DNA of 64,000 bases from Blastocystis sp. Blastoise (GCA_039096225.1 JBBPEB010000028.1:682001-746000), one strand, 5' to 3'. Positions 10,803 to 31,629 are shown, counted from the first letter of the stretch. The notes: a model not told the origin generated them from the sequence alone. A program made the numbers and translations.

Positions 10803-13060
10803 ATAAGGTATAAGTAGGTATTATTAGGTATAAGTAGGTATTATTTGGTATAAGTAGGTATAAGTAGGTATAAGTAGGTATAAGTAGGTATAAGTAGGTA
10901 TAAGAAGGTATAAGAAGGTATAAGTAGGTATAAGTAGGTATAAGTAGGTATAAGTAGGTATAAGTAGGTATAAGGTATAAATAGGTATAAGTAGGTATAA
11001 GAAGATATAAGTAGGTATAAGTAGGTATAAGTAGGTATAAGTAGGTATAAGGTATTAGTAGGTATAAGTAGGTATAAGTAGGTATATGTAGGTATAAGAT
11101 ATAAGTAGGTATAAGTAGGTATAAGTAGGTATAAGTAGGTATAAGTAGGTATAAGTAGGTATTATAAGGTATAAGTAGGTATAAGTAGGTATAAGTAGGT
11201 ATAAGTAGGTATAAGTAGGTATAAGTAGGTATAAGTAGGTATAAGTAGGTATAAGAAGGTATAAGAAGGTATAAGTAGGTATAAGTAGGTATAAGTAGGT
11301 ATAAGTAGGTATAAGTAGGTATAAGTAGGTATAAGTAGGTATAAGGTATTAGTAGGTATAAGTAGGTATAAGTAGGTATTAGTAGGTATAAGTAGGTATA
11401 ATAAGGTATAAGTAGGTATTATAAGGTATAAGTAGGTATAAGTAGGTATAAGTAGGTATAAGTAGGTATTATTAGGTATAAGTAGGTATTATTAGGTATA
11501 AGTAGGTATTATTTGGTATAAGTAGGTATAAGTAGGTATAAGTAGGTATAAGTAGGTATAAGTAGGTATTAGTAGGTATAAGAAGATATAAGTAGGTATT
11601 AGTAGGTATAAGTAGGTATAAGGTATTAGTAGGTATAAGTAGGTATATGTAGGTATAAGTAGGTATTATTAGGTATAAGGTATAAGTAGGTATATGTAGG
11701 TATAAGTAGGTATATGTAGGTATAAGTAGGTATAAGTAGGTATAAGTAGGTATATGTAGGTATAATAAGGTATAAGTAGGTATAAGTAGGTATAAGTAGG
11801 TATAAGTAGGTATTATTTGGTATAAGTAGGTATAAGTAGGTATTAGTAGGTATAAGTAGGTATAAGTAGGTATAAGTAGGTATAAATAGGTATAAGTAGG
11901 TATAAGTAGGTATAAGTAGGTATAAGTAGGTATAAGTAGGTATTAGTAGGTATAAGAAGGTATAAGTAGGTATAATAAGGTATAAGTAGGTATAAGTAGG
12001 TATAAGTAGGTATAAGTAGGTATTAGTAGGTATAAGTAGGTATAAGTAGGTATAAGTAGGTATAAGTAGGTATAAGTAGGTATAAGTAGGTATAAATAGG
12101 TATAAGTAGGTATAAGTAGGTATAAGTAGGTATAAGTAGGTATAAGTAGGTATAAGTAGGTATAAGAAGGTATAAGTAGGTATAAGTATGTATTAATAGG
12201 TATAAGGTATAAATAGGTATAATAAGGTATAAGTAGGTATAAGTAGGTATAAGTAGGTATTATTAGGTATAAGGTATAAGTAGGTATATGTAGGTATAAG
12301 TAGGTATATGTAGGTATAAGTAGGTATAAGTAGGTATAAGTAGGTATAAGTAGGTATAAGTAGGTATAAGTAGGTATAAGTAGGTATAAGTAGGTATAAA
12401 TAGGTATAAGTAGGTATAAGTAGGTATATGTAGGTATATGTAGGTATATGTAGGTATAAGTAGGTATAAGTAGGTATAAGTAGGTATAAGTAGGTATAAG
12501 TAGGTATAAGAAGGTATTATAAGGTATAAGTAGGTATTATAAGGTATAAGTAGGTATTATTAGGTATAAGTAGGTATAAGTAGGTATAAGTATGTATTAA
12601 TAGGTATAAGGTATAAGGTATAAGTAGGTATTAATAGGTATAAGGTATAAGGTATAAGTAGGTATTAATAGGTATAAGTAGGTATTAATAGGTATAAGTA
12701 GGTATAAGGTATAAATAGGTATAAGTAGGTATAAGGTATAAATAGGTATAAGTAGGTATAAGTAGGTATAAGTAGGTATAAGGTATAAATAGGTATAAGT
12801 AGGTATAAGGTATAAATAGGTATTAGAAGGTATAAGAAGTTATAAGGTATAAGAAGTTATAAGGTATAAGAAGTTATAAGGTATAATAAGTTATAAGGTA
12901 TAAGAAGTTATAGGGTATAATGTATTATACGTTATTAGAAGGTATAAGAAGGTATAAGAAGGTATAAATAGGTATAAGAATGTATAAGAAGGTATAATAA
13001 GGTATAAGGTACTAGAAGATATTTTGTATAATGTATAAGGTATAATGTATAAGGCATTAT
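10803..13060. repeat. 10-bp minisatellite (TAGGTATAAG)n, ~2.2 kb
   Basis: About 200 directly visible units with variants (TAGGTATTAG, TAGGTATATG, AAGGTATAAG, 7-bp GGTATAA). It degenerates into 17-bp units at the right end. Confidence 0.97.
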
Positions 13061-13189
13061 AAAGTATAAGATATAAAAAAATAATAATGAACATGAAAAC
13101 ATAATTATTACATTATTACTAACATACATGCTAGAAAATATATTTATATAAAACTTGATGAAATATTACGTTATAAATATATATATGTA

Positions 13190-14870
13190 CATTTCTTTTT
13201 TAGTTTTTGGTAGGATTTGCTGGTTCCTTTTAACAGTTTTCTTTTATATTCTTAGACATAAGATATCGGATACTAATTTATCTCATCACTTTTTGACAGA
13301 CTATTCATAATAATAGAATAAGAATCTCTCAATATCATATGAATGATTGACTTAACATAGTTATATTGATCTTCAAATGTAACTCAATATGTTTGAATAG
13401 CAATAGTATATATTACCTAATGAAGTAGTCATAAAGAACTGTATATCAGTAATAGTTTAAAGAGTTACCAATATAAATGAAAAATCTAAAGACAACAGCA
13501 TACTCAAGAAAAACCGTAAATCAAATATATAATGTGTTCTAATAGAAAGAATGGATAATAGATAATAACATGTATAAGAAAATAAACAATAGATACCATT
13601 AGATCTTAATATAACGACTGAGATTTGGCAAAACAACAACGATTACATTAATATACTAAATTCTATATATAAAAGAATAATTTTTAAAATAACACAATAA
13701 TATATATTGATATATATACTACCACATTGTACGAGTCTGGAAATCATGACTAGTTTTCAGGGAATGTATAACAGAAATTGAAGAGTAATAGAAATATAGA
13801 AAGGTAGCATTCACGGTAGAAGAAGTCGTTTTTATATATTTATAAGAATATATAATAGTAAGTGATTTTCAATATTATTAAGCAATATTGTAGCATTGAT
13901 GTGTAACATTAGTATTTATTACGAAGACTGAGAAAACGTATACTATGGATATATAAACGATACATTAATACTAATATTTATATATAACATATATATAATA
14001 TATATACGTTTTATTTCTATCCAATTTAATTTGAAGATACTGATTTTATTATTCGTTTATATATACATCTATTCATGTTGATAAATAATATATAGTTAAA
14101 TATATATATATAAATATATATATGTATATATATGTATATAGAAGTTTTGTCTTTACTATTAGAAAGCTAAAGAGTCGATTATGAAGATATAAATACATAC
14201 TTATGAAGGGAAAAAATGGATTGAAGATATTCAAATGATAGATTTGTAACAATATAATATTATATATAAAAAGTACAGTTCCTAAATATGGACAAACCAA
14301 CATTGAGTTCTAAATTCAATAGTAATAATAGAAGCCATTAAATACATCATTAAAACTTTTACTGTAATTTAAAGAGATAATTCTACGAATCTTTATAAAA
14401 CTAGATCATTTCTGTATTCTTAAAAAATATCAAACATTTTAAATTGATTCTGTTTCTATATTTAAATAACATTAAAAAAATATATACATGAATACAAATA
14501 TCATTATAAATAATAATACGAATGAATTATTATTATATTATATACAATTATTTCATTAACACTGTATATAAGAACAAAAGCATCATGTAAAATTCTATAA
14601 AAAAAATTTATGAATTAATTAAACAGATGTAGACAAACAAATAATAAATAAAAGATAACCAAAATTATTAAATGTAAGAATATGATATAAAATGAAAATA
14701 AGCTAATCAATAAAACATACCATTGTACTTTCAATAAATGCCAAGTAATTGTTTTTTTCATATCAAATATCCAATCAAGGTATCATCAAAATAAATCAAA
14801 TAGACACTATTTCAAGACGTCGCTCAACTTCTTTAATGTGTAATAATGTAATACAAGAATAAATGGTTGA
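13190..14870 (-). pseudogene. Heavily decayed multi-exon membrane-protein gene (weakly ALG6/ALG8-like)
   Basis: Residual GT-AG intron boundaries flank hydrophobic frames with many stops. The fragments MISRLVQ...VLPN and LLFKHIELHLKI are only weakly reminiscent of ALG8. Confidence 0.25.
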
Positions 14871-16399
14871 TACTAATTAAGAAATTCATTAATTATTTAG
14901 ACAGCTATATTATTACAGTAATGTAGTATAAGCAAATAGAAAAATTAATACTGAAATGTAAATTTTCTATGTATTATACATGAAAAAGTAAAATAAAATA
15001 TGTGTATTTCAAAAATATATTATTCATTGATGTATCCAGTTAAATTGAATCTTCACAACAATTGCTGCTTTCTTGTATGATCATTTGCTTAAAGATATTG
15101 TCTTAAAAACAAAACACACTTGTGTTTTGTTATGTGTTTTGTTATGTGTTTTGTAGTGTTTTTGCAATATTTATACTGATATGAAATCGTCGTCATCGAT
15201 TCAGAGTTAAACCTTACTGTTGTTAACAATACTAGAAACACTCTACCAAATAGAATCAGATCAAACTATACCATATTTGGCTTATGTTTACATTAATATG
15301 TATTCACTACAAACAAATCTATTGCGGATATAAATTTATAAACTTTAAAATTTCATCTTTTCAATCATTATATTAAATTAACAAATGTAGTATTGTTCTT
15401 TTTGATTTATTATTTATCTCCAACATTTTCAGATGCTACAGAGTATTTTATCAATAACAAAATATGTTTTTGTTATTCATGAAAAAACATAATGTCTAAA
15501 TTTTTTTTCATGTGTTTCACAAACTTGTGTTTTTTAAAATCTATTTTTGGATTGGAGAATATATCATATTGCATTGATTATATATATATATAGAAAACTA
15601 TTCATATTATATTGTTTTCAAGAATGAAACAAATAAGAAAGGTTTAGATTATTCTTAAGCTCAAACGACTATTTTTAGGAATCTTTTCATTGTATTTCCT
15701 ATGAGTTTATTATCTATTTCGTTTTATAATATTAGGATGGACAAAAGACATAAGATATAATCATTTAAAATACTTAAATTTATTTACAAATAAACAATAC
15801 AAGAAGTACTATAATGGAATAGAAATTCTATTAACTCATATCGTTTAATATCTACTGTAAATATATATACAATTCTTAGAACTGTAACAATATCAATATG
15901 TAAATAATCAGTAAACATTTTACAGATATTATGTTCTTATTGAATAATTAGAAATAATAAATATATGTTTATACAAACTGTATATAAATGAAAATCTATA
16001 GATACTATTATTATATTATTAATGAGATAATTGATAGAGACAATAAGAACTTTGCATTTATATTTTATATGATTTATACATAATGAACAATCATATTGAC
16101 TTTCTTTACAACTTGAATAGACTAAAGGAGAAAAATGCTAACTTTGTCTAATTCTTTTACAACTAGAAAAGTCGATCGTTGCATTTCTTTAATTCAAAGA
16201 AATCTAATTTTTTTCAATAAGACAGAAATAAATTTATTTGAAATATTTCCTTTTTTATAGCATATAGTAAAGATATAATTTTTTACTAAAATGAATTAAA
16301 ATGAACCATCAACAAAAAGTAAATACATATATATTAGTTAACATATCATATAGTAGCAAAAGATTTATTAATAACTCATAAATATATGTATTACTACCT

Positions 16400-19300
16400 T
16401 TTTTGTACCATTATTTGTTGAATGTATATGTAGATAAGATACAAATGACAATAATACTGAATAATAGCACAAAAATATAATTTAAAAGGAAAAGAAGGAG
16501 AAATTAAATTGAATTTATTTTAATGTTTTATCTCTACTCTGTTATACATAATTAAATAATAAAAACCGGAATGTAAGAATATATAAGACTAGTAATATAT
16601 ATGTTGAAGAAAGCATCGATTCTGTTTAAATAATAGCATGATTATTGTAGCATCAATAAGTATATTAATCAGTAATCTTAACAAAAAAAGCATAAGTAAG
16701 AAAAGAACAAGTAACTATTTAAGTATTATAAGCAAAACTAATAAATAAACTAAAATATGTAGATGTTGAACAATACAAATGCAAAGCGAAGAATTAGTAG
16801 TAGTAAATGATGATGACACATAAATAATAGTAGTTATCTAATTAGAAAAATTTTAAAAATGTTTCAAGTATAGCATACTCTGAGGATAAGAAGAGATTCA
16901 GAAGATTCAAATTTAATTAATATAATACAAGTATGATGAGAAGTAGTGTGGTAATTCTATATATAGCATTACTGTTATGAATTTTAATGGTGGAGCATCA
17001 ATAGAATAATAATAATTTATGAAATAGGAATAAAAATGTAAACAAAAAGGAGAAGTATAACAAGAGTAATATTAGTTATGTAAGAATTTGCTTTAATAAC
17101 CCAATTATAATATAATATTAAAACATAAAAATGAAGTATTAGTATTTGCTATAGAAGATATTGTTTATTTAGGTAACAAAAATATTTCAAATAATTGTTT
17201 TTATATTAATAAAAGTTGAAATAGTTAATCTTTTCTACGTTATATATGCATATGTAAACGAATATACACAATTATATATTAATTAAGGCAATAGAGATAA
17301 CTATATGAATGTTTATTGTTTAATATAAATAGTAAGAGAATGAGTAATAGAAAGATATAATTAAACATCTAAATATTATATCATTAATGTTATTAGAAGG
17401 ATTTTTTGGAATAAAATCAGGTAAATATTATTACTAATAACATAATTAATAATGGTTAAGAAGTAATAGTATTTTATAGCCAATAAATATCATGTAGCAA
17501 TAGTATAAATATAATTTGTAGATAGAACAAAAATATTATTAGATTAATGTAATTTATCGAAAACATTGAGAAAAATATAAAGGAATAGTAGGAATACGAT
17601 TAACAAAAGATATTCAAATGGATAGAAAAAGTACTATTACTAGTAATAGTATTCATTTATAAACAATATTTCGACAGTAATAGAAGTGTCAGTAGTAAAA
17701 GCAACACAAGAATGTTACCTGATCATAATTAGTACAAATATATAGAGCTATAACATGTATTATTTTATGTAGGTGGACTAATATAACAATTACGTGTAGT
17801 ACTAGGAATAGTTCAATAAAATCATCCTAGAATGCCAAATGAAGTAAAATATATGAGTAGTTAGCCATTTTAGAAATAACTTTAATCGTTATGTTGGAAA
17901 TAATCAGATATATATGTCAATCATTGTATAAGTGGAATTATCCAAATATTTATTACAGTATTATGGTTGAAGTAATAACATAAAACAAATAATACAAATC
18001 GAGGATATGAATTTATATCTAGGGGTTTTTGGAATTACATGGCTTTTATAATATAAAGAATAAAAAGAGAATTAGTAAAAGTATCACACGAGAGAAACTA
18101 GTTGTAGTAAGAGTAAAAGCATATGCATTCAAAGAAAATACAAATGATCCAATTATTAAGGCACATCAAATTAATAATAGATATAGAAGATTATTATGAT
18201 TAGTATAAACACAAAAAATTATTATCCATTAGAGAAGGAAGTACTCAATAATAAATAAATTGTTTAAAGAATAGTTGAAGCAATAATATGGCAGTTATAG
18301 AAGTAGAAGAAGTATAAATAAACAAATCTAATCTTATAAAAAAATATATGTATATATATAAATATATCATAATAGAATAATAATAGGAATATTGGCTATT
18401 TAAATAGTAGCAAAGATAGAATAATAGATTGAAGACTGGTAGTTTACTGTTATCAAAATTCAGTAATACGATATATTGTACAAATATAGAAGATATAAAA
18501 TAGGTACAAATCCATAATTAAGTAGACATTTTCATGAGAACCAACAAATGTAAGAAAACAATAAACCAATATAAGCAGTATATAATATTACAAATAAATA
18601 AATCAGTAGAATCAATACAAGTAATAAAAGGACTTTCATAATAAACAATAATAGCTAATACTAATAACTGAAGATAAAACTTACTATATATAAAATTGTA
18701 TATAAATGCATACATATGTATATATGTATATATGTGTCAAAATATAAATATATGTTTATATATATGTTTATATACATTTCATAATTATTACTTTCTTCGT
18801 TGAATTAAACTCTACAAAATGTTCATCATCCTTTATTCACAATTTTGAAATAATTACCATGGTTTATTTACAAATAAATGTTCATAACCACTATATGCAA
18901 CCTCATCTATATAAAAAGAAAATAGTTATATTATTAATACATATGTATTTACATAATTAGTGTGTACCTAGAACAATGTATTATACATATATTTGCTCAA
19001 TCATAATAAGTACTATGATTCACATAAAAATGTCTGAAACAGACTGATGAATAGCATCAGCTAAAATAAGGAACGATTGAACAAAACCTAGTTAATAATA
19101 TATTAGACAATATGTATATATATAAGATACTTTCATAACACATATTACCATCATAATTCCTAATCTGTTTATTTCCATAAAATAATACACTAGTTCCACA
19201 TATTGAATAATTTGAAAATTCTTTCATTCATTGATACAATGTAAAAACCAAAATTGTATAGACCATAGAGATTGTTCAAGATCATTGAAACACTTTATAT

Positions 19301-19680
19301 ACAGCAAAAGTAGATAAATTCATAAATAATAAGATGATAAAATAATAAAATCAAAAGAAATGTGTTAATGTCAACCAAAACTTTAACATAATATAACATA
19401 AAACAGTCAACAATGTTAGTATTTAATAAATAAAATAAGAGTATAACTGAAATACAACAAAGAAGAAAAAATAATTTATAATTATATACGGAATGTGAAT
19501 AACAATAATAACTTCCTATATCGTTAACATCTGAATTGTTGACCAACCAAGAAAAAGTAAAGAAACTTTTGAAATATTGATATCTTAATTCATTGACTTA
19601 GTGAGTATTCATAATTACAAAGAGACCAACAATCAAGACTACGAAGAATGAATTCTAAACTATAGTAGAACACATTTCTG
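16400..19680 (-). pseudogene. Heavily decayed multi-exon membrane-protein gene (possibly P5-type P-ATPase)
   Basis: Coding-like strand bias and relic splice sites are present. A frameshifted relic near 17690-17720 (GNILV/CF..TDT) resembles GKxxxxCFDKTGT. There are many stops. Confidence 0.25.
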
Positions 19681-21754
19681 TATATAAAAGACAAATCAAA
19701 AGAAAAATCAAAATCAGCTTTCTTTTTTAAATTTTTTGACTCAATTCTTGTTTTCTTTGCCATCTATTTATTATTTGAAATACGCACATATTTAGTAATG
19801 TGTGTTGTATTGAATGTAACCAATTTATTTTTGGTTACTATATTTGTTGAGAAGAGTTGATTCAATTCATTCCATTTTTTTTAAAGTAACACAATGATCA
19901 TATTGCATGCTTCTTACATATTTTGTGTACTTTCCGCACTCATAGAAAGCTATCATTCTTCAAATGATTATCAACACTTCTACATGAATTTCAGAAACAA
20001 CTAGTCTATGCAAATATTTCTTGTCATACTTATGGATATGACTGTAAGAGCTAATATGTATCATAAAAAGTCTTATTGAATTATTATTAGAATAATCATG
20101 TCACAATGTGCTGAATGTATTTTCTTTATGTATTGTTGTGATTGCAAATAATGTTTCTTTATCATTCAGAGTCACACTGTAATGAATTATAGATATTTAA
20201 TTATTTTAATAAGTAATTGTAATAATTAAAGAATTCTTTTTTCCTTATATGTATTATTTTTACTTGTTTCATAATTTTTATAAACGACATAAACAGTATA
20301 TAGAATACAAAGAATAATAATTATTAATTAATTAACTTATTTAAAAAACAAAATAGCACCATACTAGAGTGTCATTATGGGAATTTTTTTTAAAGAAATC
20401 CTAATTAATTTATTAAAATTTATTTATCTCTTTTTATCATTTTATTTTATTTTATTTTAATTTTTTATGTTCAGATAAACTAGATATATCATATGTGACT
20501 CATTTATATGATAATTCTTATTTTACAAGTCACCTAACACATTTACTGATTTTGAGGTAAATATTATTATATAAACTCATTGAGTTGCTAATCAGACTTG
20601 AAATGATAGCGTAAACAATAGTATAATTGTATAAATATTCAAAAATTAATATTTAAAAAGTTGACTGAATTACGACTCCTGTCTATTTGTTTTCAATAAT
20701 AGAAATAACTGTCACATTACAGATAGTTGTCTATACATAAGTATATAATTAACAAACAACAACTCTTACTTGCCTAATTCACTGATTATAAAAAGCCTTT
20801 AAAAGTGACTTATTTTTGCCTTTCTATGCCTCAGACACCACATTAAGTCATTATTATGTGTTTATTGTCTAAAAGGACTCTAAATGAAAATTCATTAATT
20901 AAACTTTTCACTAGTAGGCACGTTTTTCGCGTTAGATATATTTTTGGGTCACGTTAGATAACGAAAACGCACCAAAGCGTTCTCGCCTTTTTTTTAGACA
21001 TACTTTTAAAATTTAGACAGACTTCTGGTTTTTTAAGAAAGGATAAAATTTGAAAAATTAGAAATGAATTATGAATTCATATATATTTTTTTAAATTTAT
21101 TGTTTATATGAACATACTAGAACTGATTACAGTGATTATAGATGTTTCTAAGCAGTGTTCATGATGTGTTAGTATTTATTTATAAAATTTATCATAGTGT
21201 TTTACATCATTCTTATAGGTTTTCGATTCTGGATATCCTCTTCCTTTCAGACATTCTCCTTGACTAGTTCTAGAAAGGTACATAACATGGACTTGTTGGT
21301 TTATTTATTATAAGGTATTTTATTACATTTCTTTTTTAATTCACTTAGGTTTCTCAGTTATTCTCGTCAGTACTTCTTCCAAACAACAGGTCGAGACAAT
21401 ATAGAGCGTATATAGATGTATCTATTTAATTTTTTATTGCATTGGCACATTTCTCTTTTTTCTCTTTTCCTATCGAAATTATTCATTTGATTTTTATTTA
21501 CTCTATTCATATTTTATATATATTTACAATTTATATATTATATAGAAAAGTTATTTCTTACTCCATTCTTGAATCTTGTGGTTTCTCTGATATTTTCAAA
21601 TACCAAATACGATATCAGTTGTAAAATAGTTTGTATATATATATGTTTATTTATATATATTTAATTATTTATTTTTATCTATTTAATTTAATTATTAATA
21701 TAAGAATTTATTTATTTGTATATTTGTATATAGAATATATGCATTATATATATA

Positions 21755-22462
21755 GATGAGAAATGAGTTGGTATTCGTGATTATAATATTCATTATACAG
21801 ATAATTTTATTACAAAACAACCTTCAAATTATCAAAAGTATATATATATTTATTATTATTATATTTTTTTATATAGATATATATATTCAAATTTATATTC
21901 AAAAGAAGATAGAGTAGAAACAGTATGTGATAAAGTGAATGATTATGCTGATAATAATATTCGAATTTTTGTTGCTATTTCTCGTATATTTATATATATA
22001 TATATTTATATATATATATATATTCTATAATTTTTTATATCTTCTAGTCCTACATATTTTCCTTTAACAGATGTAAAAGGAGGATATGAATTAAGTCCAA
22101 TAGAAGAATATATTGGTAAGAAATGTTGGTTTACTATGAAAACAAATCTATTCTTCTTGTATATTATTATTTTATATTTATATAATATTATTATATATAT
22201 AGATATGAGAATAGAACAGATCAATTTATAGATTTTGAAACCAATAATGGATTATGGGTTTTTATGAATAAACATTTATTCTTAGATTATGGAGGGTATA
22301 TATATATTATATTATATATATTTTTATTATTTATATAGTTATAATACTCCAGTTGGTTCTCATATTAATATAACGAATTATGCAGATAAATTAGGTCTTA
22401 TTCCTGGAATCACCTATTCTATATCTATATTCTTTGCTTCTAGAACATGTAGATCAATCAAG
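21755..22462 (+). pseudogene. Captured fibro-slime/PA14-domain gene fragment
   Basis: Spliced exons translate to PTYFPLTDVKGG...CWFTMKTNLFF|YENRTDQFIDFETNNGLWVFMNKHLFLDYGG|YNTPVGSHINITNYADKLGLIPGITYSISIFFASR. This matches the fibro-slime pattern FT..h..F.Y...F.F.gdddvWVFiN.kL.iDlGG...LGL..G.tY...iF.aeR. Confidence 0.65.
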
Positions 22463-22596
22463 TATATATATGTTTATATATTATTATATATTATAATCTT
22501 TATTATTATACGTTTAATTATAATTATATTTTAGTTTATTAGTATATATACAAAAACTATAAGAATATTAGTTTCTATATCTATATCTATTCATTG

Positions 22597-22627
<31 letters not shown>

Positions 22628-22799
22628 TAGAATATGAGATACAACTTGTTTTATGATTAGAATTATATGTAAGAATAGCTATTGAACTTATTTCAATTGA
22701 TATAAATATGTGAAGATTTATAGATAATAGAATATTCAAGTAAATATATATATTATTATTATAATTATCTTTTAGTTTATTATTATATTAATTATCAAT

Positions 22800-28420
<5,621 letters not shown>

Positions 28421-29244
28421 ATATACTAAATTATAGATATTTTTATAATTAATTTATATAGGATAAAGAAAGAAGTCATATACATATATATATTTTTATT
28501 GTCTATTAACTTTTATATATGTCTTCTATTATGTTATATTTAATTATATATTATTCATTTTGTTTTGTAAATATTATAGAATGAGATTATTGTAAAGAAT
28601 TCTTTTCGAATAAAATAAAATGGAATAGGTATTAATGCTGTTTATTTTTTTATTAGATTTTGTTATTTTATGTTGATAGCAACTTACAAACCTTCTCAAT
28701 TCATTCACTTACTTATAATATCAACAATCCATTAAAATAAAAAATATTATAATAAAAATGTTCGTAAAATGTGAATAATGACGTTATAAACAACTATGTC
28801 AAATATATATTTTTATTCTCTATGATATTTATATTATGAATCAAATACTATTATATATATATTACTCACAAATATTTTAAATTGAAATTACATTCTGTTA
28901 AAAATAACAATTTTTTGTTCCTTTAAGTCTAGAAACATGTTGTAATGAAGTAATCTAGCTTAATACATATAAAATACATTTATAACTCAATTTAGCATTC
29001 AAATAGACGTTTTAGTAGAAAAAAGGAGAATTTTAGAGATTTGATAACCCCTGGAAATAAAGAAATTTATAGAGACTTTTATTATAGAAAAAAAAGATTT
29101 TCTGTATTTTTAGGGCCATGTATGTATTTTTAAAATAAATTCTAAAAAATTACATATTTATTTTTATTTTTTAATTGATTTACAACTATATTATATAGTT
29201 TTTAAAATGTATACAATATACTTTAGCTATTTTATATTATATAG

Positions 29245-29733
29245 GCTTACTGGTCCGTCGAAATAGCTTCAAATAGGTCCTGATTATTCTTCATATTTTA
29301 AAGTTAACTCATGAGTTGTGTGGTTTAGGTGATCCGAAATCCGGTGCTATAAAAGGTATATTTTTTTCCATTGTTGTAGTTTTTTTATTAATATTATCTT
29401 CTATAGGTTCAGATGTTGTAGGAGGTCTCCCTAGTCGACAACTTCATGGTTCTAAAGGTATTTAATTATATTAATATTTTTTGAAATTAACTATTTTTTA
29501 TTTTTATATAGGTTCTAGGTTTTCTCAGTGGTTCCGATTGGTCAACAATTTCTTGATGGTTGAAGGTATATTATTATATTATATATATTTGTTTACATCT
29601 ATTTTTATAGTTGTGGTTTTTCTTCATGGAGTCGCTTTAGAAGTTTTATTACAAGGTATATATTTATTTATTATCTATATTATTATTATTTCTATTATTT
29701 TTATATGTATAGTCATCAAAATGGTTCCCACTT
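29245..29733 (+). other. Symmetric mini-exon cassette near the right end of the Pack-CACTA element
   Basis: Exons 29245-29355 (111 nt), 29407-29457 (51), 29512-29565 (54), 29611-29655 (45) and a terminal exon VIKMVPT*. All are phase 1-1. Confidence 0.5.
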
Positions 29734-29986
29734 AGTTAAAACAAACAAAAATAATTATTATTTTTCTTATTTTTCTTATTTTTCTTATTGTTTTAATTAT
29801 TATATTATTATTTATTGTCTTTTGTTAATATAATTTTAATTATCATTCACACAACGATTAAATAAATAAATAAGACAGGTTTTATCCAACAAATAGCACC
29901 CAAATTCTATCTTAAAAATACATGATAATGTGTTTAAAATGTGTATTAGAGAAAAATATAGATACCTTTAGAGCAGATAAAATACA

Positions 29987-30398
29987 AATAGACATATATT
30001 TGCCTTGTGTTAGAAAAGAAAAACACCAAAAACTGCTCTTAAAAAAAAAGATGCCAGCTGTGTCAGACGTGTTAGATAACTTCCTGGTATATGGTTAGAG
30101 AAGAAAATGGCTCATTTTTTAGATAAGGTTTTGTTACCCAATAGATAGATTTTTTTACTAAAAACAAAATGCCTACTAGTGAATAGACATATATTTGCCT
30201 TGTGTTAGAAAAGAAAAACACCAAAAACTGCTCTTAAAAAAAAAGATGCCAGCTGGGTCAGACGTGTTAGATAACTTCCTGGCTTTTGGTTAGAGAAGAT
30301 TTTTTGTCGTTAGATAAGAAAATGGCCCATTTTTTAGATAAGGTTTTGGTTACCCAATAGATAGATTTTTTTACTAAAAAACAAAATGCCTACTAGTG
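29987..30398. repeat. Tandem duplication of the CACTA right terminus (195 bp + 217 bp)
   Basis: 29987-30181 and 30182-30398 are near-identical, and each ends in TGCCTACTAGTG. Confidence 0.92.
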
Positions 30399-30401
30399 TT
30401 T

Positions 30402-30541
30402 ATCAAAAATTTCTCTAAGTCAGTGAAAAAGAGTCAACCTTTTGCATTTTTTGAATTTAAAAAAAATATTAGGTTATCCCCATGGGAAATACACCTTTTT
30501 GACTGAAAAAAAAATACCAAATTTCTTCGTGCCTACTAGTG
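30402..30541. mobile_element. Right terminus of a second (outer) CACTA element
   Basis: CGTGCCTACTAGTG at 30528-30541 has a different subterminal motif (TGACT/AGTCA), which is also dense at 20490-20900. No unpaired left TIR is present in the window. Confidence 0.6.
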
Positions 30542-31629
30542 GTTATTCTAGTGATAAACGTAATTCTTCCATATTTTCATAATTTCCTAGAGGTATTGGT
30601 TTTTGTGAAGCATTTATTTCTTGATTTAATCTGTATATAAACTCTACATAAATAGAAAATAGAGAATTCAGTATATGAAAAAAGGCTATTATAATAAGAT
30701 TTTATGAATAGATATTATACTCTATATTTTATATACCTTGTCCATTCAATACCATATCGATATGATGAGATAATAATGTAAATTGAGCTAATAATTCTTC
30801 TGAAGACAATTGAGCTATATATGATAAGTAGTATTACTTGAGATTATAAATAATAACACATACAAGAGAGTAATTGAAATTGTTTGATAACCGTCATTAA
30901 AGAGGATTGAAGACGTTTCTGCTTTATTTCTAATTCATATTTCTTATTATTTAACTAGAAATATATATAATTCAAGCTTTAATGAATTTAAAATATTAAT
31001 AAGAATATTATTACAAATAAAAAATAAAATTTAAAAAAAAAAAGAGAATTTTGAATTAAAAAAAGATAATATAAAAAGAATATATATACCTATTCAAATA
31101 TTTAATTAATTTGATTACATATCTTCCAGAATGAAAGCCACGTAGAAATTATTAATAACAACATTTAACAATAAGTAACAGTAAATTATATACAATTTAT
31201 TATCATTTATATATATATATTTAGGATTTCATATTGTGTGAGTAAGAATTCTGTAACATAATAGTATTGTATATATATATTACAATTGCTTTATAGTTGA
31301 AATTTAATACTTTTTTATGATTTAGATTAATTATATATATTAATTCCCTCAATATGTTTCATTTGTTGACAAAGAATAAATATAGATACTATTAACTCAT
31401 TATGATTTAAACATATAATTATATATAGACAAACAAAGAGAGAATTATACAGTGAATATAGATTATACATACAATAATAAATATATATATAAAATATTAA
31501 TAAATATGTTAAGATATATTTGATAGAGTAAAACAGTTCATATAAAATAAAATAAAAATATATATATAGAGAATATATATATATATATGAATATAAAATA
31601 ATAGTCTAATAATCATATGCTTATGAACA

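Noticed and set aside
15108-15165. 11-bp inverted repeat plus 12-bp tandem TGTGTTTTGTTA
   Set aside because: It is short, low-complexity and has no partner end or TSD, so it is likely slippage.
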